DNA of 64,000 bases from an uncultured Verrucomicrobiae bacterium. GTDB taxonomy: Bacteria > Verrucomicrobiota > Verrucomicrobiia > Chthoniobacterales > JAFAMB01. The stretch is from positions 911,672 through 975,671 of the forward strand of contig CAVXLD010000003.1 in assembly GCA_963762565.1 (NCBI GenBank), read 5' to 3'. Shown here in pieces: positions 10,333-18,545 of this stretch. The notes beneath the pieces were generated by a model that was given only the letters and a program-made list of their open reading frames with translations, was not told the origin of the DNA and made no database searches. The position numbers were made by a program, and so were the translations under genes. The first letter of the stretch is position 1. Every line of letters starts with the position of its first letter.

Positions 10333-10600
10333 CCACCACAGAGACACAGAGGGATATTCACCACAAAGGCACAAAGGACACAAAGACAGAAAATTTGACA
10401 GGAAGGCCGCAAAGGCCACCAAGACGGATCCTTATTCAGAAGCAAAGGGAGACAACCAAGGGGAAAAGTGTCAGCGGAGCGTCAAGATTGCTTTTCTTAA
10501 ACCTTAGTTGCCTTCTCCTCAAAGAAATCTGGCTTTGCGGCCTTTGTGCCCTTCCTGTGACATTTTCTGTCTTCGCGTGCTTTGTGTCTTTGTGGTGAAA
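10333..10600. repeat. Nested inverted 9-mer-array element (family B)
   Basis: ttcaccacaaaggcacaaaggacacaaagacagaaaatttgacaggaagg ... ccttcctgtgacattttctgtcttcgcgtgctttgtgtctttgtggtgaa. Confidence 0.82.
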
Positions 10601-10718
10601 TTTGCCTTTTGCGCCGAGGGACAAACTCGGCGAAATTCGGGAGTATCCCCCAGTCCGTTTCCCCTGCTTTGCTCGACCTAAATGGGCTGAAGGAAAGTAA
10701 CGTTCACCTGGAGGTAAT

Positions 10719-11552
10719 ATGAGCCAGAATCTCACCCTGCTCCGGCAGAATTACTGCCGGTCCGTCGTGGTGGATGGTCCACCCGATTTCTTTCCGCTGG
10801 AAAGAGAATCCGAACAAGGAAAAGCAGTCTTGGCGAAAAAGCCGACTAAAGTTCAGCAATGGCAAAGGTTTAATCCACACGGGCTTTTGCAAATTTATCG
10901 AGACCAGCAAAGCGGCGCTGAACTTCCTGTGTTTGCGGTATTCAACCTGGGAGGCACTAACCGTCTGACCGCCGAAGTCACCATGACTTCCGTCTCTGCA
11001 GACAGTGAGCCTGGGGACCTAACCAGTTTTCTTCCATTCGGCAGAAGCCAGGAATTTGTGAAGAGAATCAATGCGGCCAGAATGCGGGCTGAACGGATTG
11101 CGTTTAAGGTATCCGCGCTGATTGGAATCGCCGGCTTGCTAGCCTTTTTTTTGTCGCATAATCCAGGCGTTAAACCAGCCGCGCTACCGTTCCTAGTGAT
11201 AGGAGTATGGAGCCTGGGCACATTTCTCTCTTATCTAATCGCCGAGTTTCTGCTTAACCGATTTTATCCTTGGAAGAAATTGATCTTAACTGCCGAGTTC
11301 GATGGCATTCTACCGAGCTCGACCCGCGAGATTGCGCTGGCCGCAAAACACCGGTTCAATAACCTCTACCTGATTGTAGATCAGCAGAAGCGTTGGCAGA
11401 GCACACTTCTACGGGATCCCGTACCACGCGCCCTCGATCCTCTGCTAATTGGAGAACTTAAGCATGGCAGCCGACGCCGCTTTTTCTTGTTAGATCAATT
11501 TGATCTGACCGCAGCCGAACAGTATCTGGCGGACGAATTTGCGACCAAATAG
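10719..11552 (+). CDS. Hypothetical membrane protein (2 TM segments)
   Basis: GGAGG RBS before ATG; 277 aa; two hydrophobic helices. Confidence 0.7.
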   Translation: MSQNLTLLRQNYCRSVVVDGPPDFFPLERESEQGKAVLAKKPTKVQQWQRFNPHGLLQIYRDQQSGAELPVFAVFNLGGTNRLTAEVTMTSVSADSEPGDLTSFLPFGRSQEFVKRINAARMRAERIAFKVSALIGIAGLLAFFLSHNPGVKPAALPFLVIGVWSLGTFLSYLIAEFLLNRFYPWKKLILTAEFDGILPSSTREIALAAKHRFNNLYLIVDQQKRWQSTLLRDPVPRALDPLLIGELKHGSRRRFFLLDQFDLTAAEQYLADEFATK

Positions 11553-11627
11553 CCGCGAAAACTTGTCGCGCCGTAGCTTGCGAAGGCGGACGGCACAAAA
11601 AGCGCAAAAAAAGGAAGTCGGAATAGC

Positions 11628-12078
11628 CTAGCAGACTGTTGAAAAACGCATGTCTTCTGGCCTGGAGGGGAGCCGCTTTGGCACGTAACAGAAGATCCCG
11701 CGATGTTTGCCTGGACGCGTGCATGACCGGAAATCTCCTTAAACAGGCGGCTCCCGGGAACGTTTCAACGCGTGTTAGGTTTGTTGGCACGACGCCCGGA
11801 TGAACAATCTCCGAACGGAACTATGGACGAAACATTGCGTGCGGTAATTCCCGGGAGCCGCCTGTTTAACACCCTATTTGGCTTTCCTCGCAATGGATAG
11901 AATATCACGAGATCTTTAGGCTCGTTCCAAAGCGGCTCCCCTCCAGGCCAGGCTGCTATTACCTTGTCCCTCCGGGACAGCCAACCGGCGTCTTTTAACA
12001 GTTTGCTAGGCTATCATGAGCCGCCGCTTCGCGGCTAATCTGCGGCTCATTGAAATCGGTTTTTCAACAGTCTGCTAG
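11628..12078. mobile_element. MITE with IS5/IS1182-like ends bounded by CTAG, containing a REP cluster
   Basis: ctagcagactgttgaaaaac ... gtttttcaacagtctgctag; second degenerate right end at ~11990-12009; no transposase. Confidence 0.7.
11662..11947. repeat. REP cluster (family F, ggaggggagccgctttgg / ggcggctcccgg)
   Basis: Nested inverted pairs; homologs at 56211-56310 and 60937-61219. Confidence 0.78.
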
Positions 12079-12370
12079 TGTCCTGTCCCATAAGTAACGT
12101 GGCTTTCGTTGCGATCAAAATGGGCCGTCGGCAAGGCGGTCCGAGCCGGACTGGCGGTAGAGGGCGCATATCTAGATCGATACGTAACCGACGAGCAACG
12201 CAGCCGCCGGCCCATTTTCATCGCAACCCTCCGGGCCGTGGCCAGTTGGCTGTTTTTCTGCGTTGCTCGCTCGACCCGTATGAACCAGATATGGGCGCTT
12301 CGCTCGCGCCTTGAAAAACAGCCAACTGACCGACGGCGAAAGCCACGTTATTTATGGGACAGGACACTAG
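12075..12370. mobile_element. MITE with ~34-bp TIRs bounded by CTAG
   Basis: ctagtgtcctgtcccataagtaacgtggctttcg ... cgaaagccacgttatttatgggacaggacactag; partial second copy from 55095. Confidence 0.78.
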
Positions 12371-12507
12371 TTGTCGACGACCCTCTGTTTCCTCTGTTAC
12401 CTCCTGTTTAAAAATCTGTCTTTGTGTCCTTCGCGACCTTCCTGTTAAATTTTCCATTTTCTTAGTGTCTTTGTGCCTTTGTGTGAGAATCGCTTTCCTT
12501 GTTACCC

Positions 12508-13647
12508 CTACCCTTTATCTACCGTGGTGGTGAGTGCTTGGGTTTGGCCAGTTGAACTGGCGCGGTATGCGGCTTCGATAATGTCGATCACATGTGTCGC
12601 GTGTTCAGGGGTGACTAAAGACGGTTTTCCTTCTGTGACCCAGTCGATTAGCTGCATCACATCTTCGAACACATGCTGCTCGGGAAGGTCACGATGGAAT
12701 TCGTTGATGTGCGGCAGCAGCCATTGATTTCCAAGGCTCTGGTCTCCAGACGCGCCGGCAGCTTGGCGAGCGATGTCGGCGCCGGGGTACTGCAGCGGTT
12801 CCCCATTGAGTGTCAGTCCAACGATCGATCCGCGGGTCCCGAAATAATTTCCGCTAAACCCCTGAGTCACCCTTCCACTGGCGGTACCGTATACAAAAGC
12901 AAAAAGGTTCTCCCCAAAGTCTAAGAGCATCACCGTGTTATCGTCCGCGTCGCAGGCAACCATCTTGCCGCGGAACTCGCGCTCCTTGATCCGGGTACCG
13001 GATAGGGCCGTGACCCGTAACACCGAACCTAGGATTCCGGTTAAAGCGGTCAGCGAATACACCGTCATATCGTAGAGCGGACCGCCTCCGGGTTTACGAA
13101 AATACCAAGACGGATCGATATTCGAGAGAACATCGGTACCCTGCCTTTCATGTTCGTCCTCGTGATAAGTCCCAAAGGCTGCGCCACACACTGCCCAGCA
13201 AAGCGAGCCGATATCCCCGCGGCCGATCATTTCTTTGATCTGCTGATTATGGGGTCGAAGCATCTCTCCCGGTGAAGGCAAAAGGCGGAGATTCCGCTCC
13301 CGAGCCAGTCGCGTAAGTTCTTTGGCCTCAGCTGCGGTAATGGCCATGGTCTTGTTGCAATGAACGTGTTTGGAAGCCGATAGCGCCTGACGAACCTGGT
13401 CGAAATGGAAATGGATTGGCGAAGCAATCGTGACCGCGTCCACCTCGTCACAGGCCAGTAGCTCCTGGTAATCACTGAACCAACGAGCAATCCCAAATTT
13501 CTCGGCTGCTGCTCGGGCCCGGTCAGCAACCGGATCACAAATCGCCGCTAACGACACCCGCTCAGCCACATCCGGTTGTACCAAGTGGCGCAGCACCCGC
13601 AGTGCAATGGTCCCGCCCCCAACGATTCCTAATCCAATTTTACTCAT
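12508..13647 (-). CDS. Gfo/Idh/MocA family oxidoreductase
   Basis: GLGIVGGG Rossmann motif, DAVTIASP, KHVHCNKTM, GGGPLYDM. Confidence 0.92.
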   Translation of the reverse strand: MSKIGLGIVGGGTIALRVLRHLVQPDVAERVSLAAICDPVADRARAAAEKFGIARWFSDYQELLACDEVDAVTIASPIHFHFDQVRQALSASKHVHCNKTMAITAAEAKELTRLARERNLRLLPSPGEMLRPHNQQIKEMIGRGDIGSLCWAVCGAAFGTYHEDEHERQGTDVLSNIDPSWYFRKPGGGPLYDMTVYSLTALTGILGSVLRVTALSGTRIKEREFRGKMVACDADDNTVMLLDFGENLFAFVYGTASGRVTQGFSGNYFGTRGSIVGLTLNGEPLQYPGADIARQAAGASGDQSLGNQWLLPHINEFHRDLPEQHVFEDVMQLIDWVTEGKPSLVTPEHATHVIDIIEAAYRASSTGQTQALTTTVDKG

Positions 13648-14246
13648 GTTGTCGGATTACTTAGACGGATTTTTGAGCACAAACGAACGAAGGAAACGAA
13701 GAGCGGATCTGGTTTAGTTCTTCGAAAGAAGCAGAATCATCTTACAGTTCCCGCGATAGCAATGAAAACCTTTGGCACGCCCAACCAGTTAACCGGCTAG
13801 GGAACGTCGGCAACAACACCCCTGAACTCGATCAGCTCGCAGTTCTGGCGCAACCACCCCCGGATTGTTCCAGGAATGATAGGCCAGCAATCAGACTGAC
13901 CACTTTCTTTATTCAGCCAGTCTTTTTTCGCGCCGTCATCCGAATGCCACTCTTCCGGTGAGAACTCCGATGGCTGAACCGTCCCGGTGAATCCATCTAA
14001 AGGCAAAAAACATAGGACTGCGCTTGTTTCAAAGCCTGCTCTTGAACAGGATTCGGGCCCAAACTAACGCCTTAGCTCAGGAGTTAGATGCCGCCCCTTG
14101 ATGTCAATGAACGCCCCCCAAACCTCCTATAACCCCGGGAAAAAGCATACAAACGTGGAATCAGCTTGTATTCTTATAGCTTTGAGAGCTATGACATTTC
14201 TAGAGAGTCCGGAAACTCGCGTCGTTTTGGCGGTTAAATCTCGACG

Positions 14247-14429
14247 ATGGCCCAGATAATCACACCCCAAGAGTTTGAAAGACGGCTCGCCACTGGCGAG
14301 AGCTTCTTCGATAGCGTTAGCGCCAAATATATTCTCAGGATGCCGGGGAGCAGAGTACATCACCCAGGGAAGATGAGAAGCCGCCTCAAGACGAGAGCGA
14401 TTCGGCGCCGGTCGAAGAAGCAGCTCTAG
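14247..14429 (+). CDS. Possible small basic protein
   Basis: 60-aa ATG ORF in an otherwise unannotated gap; no motif recognised. Confidence 0.3.
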   Translation: MAQIITPQEFERRLATGESFFDSVSAKYILRMPGSRVHHPGKMRSRLKTRAIRRRSKKQL

Positions 14430-14913
14430 AATGCTTTTAGCATTGCTAAGCATTTGCCTTCAAATTCGGGGCCTGACTGCTAACGCCTTTGATCTCAACG
14501 GCGAGCACTCACAATCATTGCGGCTTCATCGGGCATCGCGTCCGCCGGAGTAGACCGTACGGTCGGGCCCGCTGCGGATATGTATCCTGCGGCGGCGATC
14601 ACCAAGTTATATTCCAATGGTTTGAATCAATCCGATCCGAATCTTCATAGTTTCTAAGGGAGCGCAGCAGCAACTAGAGCACCAAGAACTTTGATTTCGC
14701 CGTCACTGCAGATCGGCCTTGAAAGAGGCTTCGGTTGGCCGTTAAGGGATGCCGCTAGCGGCGCGTAGTCTCAGCGCGAAGATCGACTCGGTGATCTCGG
14801 AGTGTAGTGGTTTTGCCCGACCACAACCAGGCAAAAGTTAAACAATGCAAGTTCTTAAGAACAAAACTCCAAAAGTTTTAGCCTCACCGGTCTTTAGTAG
14901 ATTGAACGGGGCC

Positions 14914-15663
14914 ATGAAACCATCCCAGGCACCGTCTTCGGACTCCTACCCCGTCGAAGAAGATTCCTTCGAAAAACATTGGGCTCAGAACCGCGGTTCC
15001 CCTGGTTGGTATTGCCTGCGTTCAGCACGAAAACAGGAGTTCATAGCAGCGGCCCATTTGAAGGCTTTACCAAATGTACAAGTCTTCTGCCCGAGAATTC
15101 AATTCCGGCGGCGCTCGAACGTCTCTGGGAAAAGTATGCTGTTCGCCGAGGCGTTATTCCCTGGACATTTTTTTGCACGCTTTCCTACAACCGAAATATT
15201 GGCGGCAGTTGAGCAGCTATCTGGTGTTCGGGGTGTCGTGTGCTTCACTGGAAAGCATGCAGTGATGGAGGAAAAGGTGATCGCGGCGCTGCGTGTAGAA
15301 ACGAAGGCAATCATGAACGGGCTTGCCGCAGGGGACCGCTTGCGTTTAACCAACTGCGGAGTCTCCAGGCTCGAGGCCGTCATAACACACATATTATCGG
15401 CTGACGAACGGGTGCAGACCCTTTTGGATTTCCTCCAGTCCGAAACGAGTACGCAAGAGTCCTTAAAAAATGCGTCGATGAGCCGGCCGGGACTGACCAT
15501 CCTTCGCTTTTCGACTCGATTCAGGTTGATTAGCTCAAATGGTGCTTTCAATCCGTCCGCGTCTAAACTAGCGGAACTCGCAGAACCCAATTTGCCGGCA
15601 AACGACCGCGATCTATCAAAAGGCTTGCCATTCTCGACCTCGTATCGGCAGGCAATCGCCTAG
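14914..15663 (+). CDS. NusG paralog (RfaH/UpxY-like antiterminator) with a degenerate KOW domain
   Basis: GWYCLRSARKQE..AAAHL..VFCPRI..EALFPGHFFARF..GVRGVV; GDRLRL..ERVQTLLDFL; start uncertain (14845 or 14914). Confidence 0.75.
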   Translation: MKPSQAPSSDSYPVEEDSFEKHWAQNRGSPGWYCLRSARKQEFIAAAHLKALPNVQVFCPRIQFRRRSNVSGKSMLFAEALFPGHFFARFPTTEILAAVEQLSGVRGVVCFTGKHAVMEEKVIAALRVETKAIMNGLAAGDRLRLTNCGVSRLEAVITHILSADERVQTLLDFLQSETSTQESLKNASMSRPGLTILRFSTRFRLISSNGAFNPSASKLAELAEPNLPANDRDLSKGLPFSTSYRQAIA

Positions 15664-15818
15664 CCATCCCCAACGCGTGTCCGTGCTTCCGTGGGGGTTA
15701 GCAAGCCGGTAGGTTCCGCAACGATTCCTAGTCCGATTTTACTCATGTTACGCCCAAAGGCAGAATTATTTCACCACAAAGACACAAAGGACACGAAGAC
15801 AGATTTCGTGTTTTTCTG

Positions 15819-16895
15819 TTAAATTTCCGGTTCCCGTTGTGAGCTTGTGCAAACCATCTCGAGCCTCTCGGTAATCATCCTTGAGATCCGGCCTGCCGCC
15901 GGAGGATCGAGGTTTGCTAGTACGACGACCAGATAGCCGATATCCGGAAACATCTCGAAGATACCATTCATCCCAATCGCGCCACCGCTGTGACCGACAC
16001 CCCGCAGACCGTTCACCGTTCGAGTTTCAAAGCCGTATCCATAGTGACTACCATGGTCCGTCTCGACCCTTCCAGCCGTGACCAATTCGGTGTAGTGAGC
16101 ATTCAGCAGTCTCTTGGCCTGTAAAGCGATGGCGAAACTCAAAAGGTCATGAACCGTTGAATAACCGCAGCCTGCTGAACTGCCGCGAAAGGGCAAGCTA
16201 GTGGTATTCGGACGCGGGTACGGCAAGGGAACTATATTAGAGCTCACCATCGTCCCAGCTGCACAGGTGTAACCGACGCTGCGATCAGGCACGAACTGAT
16301 CTTCCGGCTCGGAACCGCTAGACCGCATCTCCGCAGGGACATAGATATGGTCGCGGACATAGTCGTAGTAACTCTGACCGCTAACTCGCTCGATCACCAC
16401 GCCCAGTAGTATGTATCCGTAGTTACTATATTCCCAGCGGCTACCCGGCTCGAATCTCAATTTCCTGTCTGCATAAAGCATCACAAAGAAATCCTGCAGA
16501 GTGCGTAGCTCCAATCGATGAGCCTCGTATTCTGGGCCGAACAGATCACCGGTGCCTCCCGTGTGACTTAGTAATTGCTCAATTGTTACTTTCGACGCTG
16601 TCTCCTTATCCGGATAATCGGTTAAGTAGGCTCCTAAAGAAGCCACCAGCTGAAGTTTCCCGGCTTGCACGAGCTGTACGACCGCAACTCCGGTAAACAT
16701 CTTATTGATGGAACCAACTCGCAACCGGGTCTGAAGCGTATTCGGGATTCCCCGTTCACGATCAGCCAACCCATAAGCTTGGGCGAAAATGGGTTGTCCT
16801 CGCCTGGCAATTAATACCGCGCCAGAAAAGCGATCCTCAGCGCTCTCCTGGTCCAGCTTACAATGGAGGTCCGAAACCATTTCGTTCTCAGTCAT
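15819..16895 (-). CDS. Serine hydrolase, beta-lactamase-like family
   Basis: GSINK (SxxK), LLSHTGG, YSN, GHSG. Confidence 0.9.
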   Translation of the reverse strand: MTENEMVSDLHCKLDQESAEDRFSGAVLIARRGQPIFAQAYGLADRERGIPNTLQTRLRVGSINKMFTGVAVVQLVQAGKLQLVASLGAYLTDYPDKETASKVTIEQLLSHTGGTGDLFGPEYEAHRLELRTLQDFFVMLYADRKLRFEPGSRWEYSNYGYILLGVVIERVSGQSYYDYVRDHIYVPAEMRSSGSEPEDQFVPDRSVGYTCAAGTMVSSNIVPLPYPRPNTTSLPFRGSSAGCGYSTVHDLLSFAIALQAKRLLNAHYTELVTAGRVETDHGSHYGYGFETRTVNGLRGVGHSGGAIGMNGIFEMFPDIGYLVVVLANLDPPAAGRISRMITERLEMVCTSSQREPEI

Positions 16896-16912
16896 ACATT
16901 CGGCAGAAACAA

Positions 16913-17150
16913 ATAGCCCTGAAAAGGCACAAAAGGCGCGGAAAAAGCGGACAAGAATTTCAACAGAAGAACACAAAGGTCACAAAGATAAAAGATCACG
17001 CCAAGGGATTCTTACCGAAGGTAGCGAAGGCCTGAGGCTCAAGATTTCTAGCTTTCTTTAGAAGATCCTTCCTTCGTTACCTTCGTTTGCTTCTGTAAGA
17101 AATCTGTCTTCCGTTTTTTTTGCGCTTTTTGCGCCTCGTCGCGGCTATCG
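16913..17150. repeat. Nested inverted 9/10-mer-array element between the divergent beta-lactamase-family genes
   Basis: aaaaggcacaaaaggcgc..ttaccgaaggtagcgaagg mirrored by ccttcgttaccttcgtt..ttgcgctttttgcgcc. Confidence 0.7.
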
Positions 17151-17197
17151 CCTCTTACACGGTCTTGAACTCGGTACCTGGTCATGCTTGTTCCAGC

Positions 17198-18367
17198 ATG
17201 GTTCGTCGTACAAAGAGTATCGTTAGGGGAAACGTCCTTCTGGCCACCTGGCTATCCTCCGTGCTTAGCGCCGCGGCTGATAATCGACCGGATCCGATCA
17301 AGAGCATTGTGGATCGGGCAGTTCAACCTGTAATGCTGAACTACAGCATCGCGGGAATGGCGGTCGGTCTTACCGTTGCGGGCAAACAATACATCTTTAA
17401 CTATGGCGTCGCATCGAGGACGACTCGAAAACCGGTCACAAATGATACGCTGTTCGAGCTCGGATCGATCAGCAAAACATTCACCGCGACGTTAGCATCT
17501 TACGCCCAGGTCAGCGGATGCCTTTCCTTGGCAGATACTGCCAGCAAATATTTGCCCGATCTCCAAGGCTCTAAATTCGGGGACGTAACACTCCTCTATC
17601 TCGGCACGCACACGCCGGGAGGTTTTCCGTTGCAACTCCCGGAGAGCATACGAACAGAGGATGAATTGATGAGTTACTTGCGGGCATGGCAGCCCCGCTA
17701 CGCGCCAGGGACCTATAGAACGTATGCCAATCCTAGTATTGGTATGCTCGGCTTCATCACAGCGAAAAGCCTGGCTGGGGATTTTGCCGAATTGCTGCAA
17801 CAAAACGTGTTTTCCCCTTTAGGAATGAACAGCACGTATATTGACGTTCCTAAAACGAAGATGGCCGATTACGCGGTCGGCTATACCGAGGAAGGTGGTC
17901 CCACCAGGGAAGGAACGGACTTTCTATCGCGTGAAACCTATGGTGTTAGGACCACCGCCGCCGATATGCTTCGGTTTATCGATGCGAATATGGATTCGAG
18001 CAAGCCGGACGACAAACTGCAACGCGCAATCATCGATACCCACACTGCGTACTTCACCGCCGGAGTCATGACTCAAGACCTGATCTGGGAACAGTATGCA
18101 TATCCGGTCGACCTCAAGACTCTGTTGGATGGCAACTCGCCCACGATGATCTTCAAAGCGGCGCCGGCTACGCAATTAGCACCGCCACAGGAACCTCGGG
18201 AAGATGTGTGGGTGAACAAAACCGGTTCGACCAACGGTTTCGGAGCGTACGTGGCATTCATCCCCGCAAAACGGTTGGGAATCATCATCCTAGCCAACAA
18301 GAGTTATCCTATCGATCAACGAGTTACCATTGCGTATCAGATCCTGGAACAGCTGGCCGGTAAGTGA
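17198..18367 (+). CDS. ampC: Class C beta-lactamase
   Basis: FELGSISKTF, YANPSIG, NKTGSTNGFGAYVAF..ILANKSYP; signal peptide. Confidence 0.9.
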   Translation: MVRRTKSIVRGNVLLATWLSSVLSAAADNRPDPIKSIVDRAVQPVMLNYSIAGMAVGLTVAGKQYIFNYGVASRTTRKPVTNDTLFELGSISKTFTATLASYAQVSGCLSLADTASKYLPDLQGSKFGDVTLLYLGTHTPGGFPLQLPESIRTEDELMSYLRAWQPRYAPGTYRTYANPSIGMLGFITAKSLAGDFAELLQQNVFSPLGMNSTYIDVPKTKMADYAVGYTEEGGPTREGTDFLSRETYGVRTTAADMLRFIDANMDSSKPDDKLQRAIIDTHTAYFTAGVMTQDLIWEQYAYPVDLKTLLDGNSPTMIFKAAPATQLAPPQEPREDVWVNKTGSTNGFGAYVAFIPAKRLGIIILANKSYPIDQRVTIAYQILEQLAGK

Positions 18368-18370
18368 ATT

Positions 18371-18497
18371 CGGGAGGGATCGCTGCCTCGCGATCCTTTA
18401 TTAGCGAAGCCGGGCAGGCATGATAATCGCGGAACAAAATACGCCTTTCCGTCGTGGCCCGTCCTCGCGGCGCGCGGGGACGCGCGCCCTCCCCGGC
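18371..18497. repeat. REPIN-like doublet (family E)
   Basis: gggagggatcgc..gcgatcc ... ggcgcgcggggacgcgcgccctccc. Confidence 0.8.
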
Positions 18498-18545
18498 TTG
18501 GCGCCTCTCCTGGATTCTGGCTCCTGGCTCCTCTATTTTGCCCCC

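Noticed and set aside
14058..14092. Integron attC site (aactaac...gttagat)
   Set aside because: Only ~28 bp, too short for attC; no integrase or cassette array
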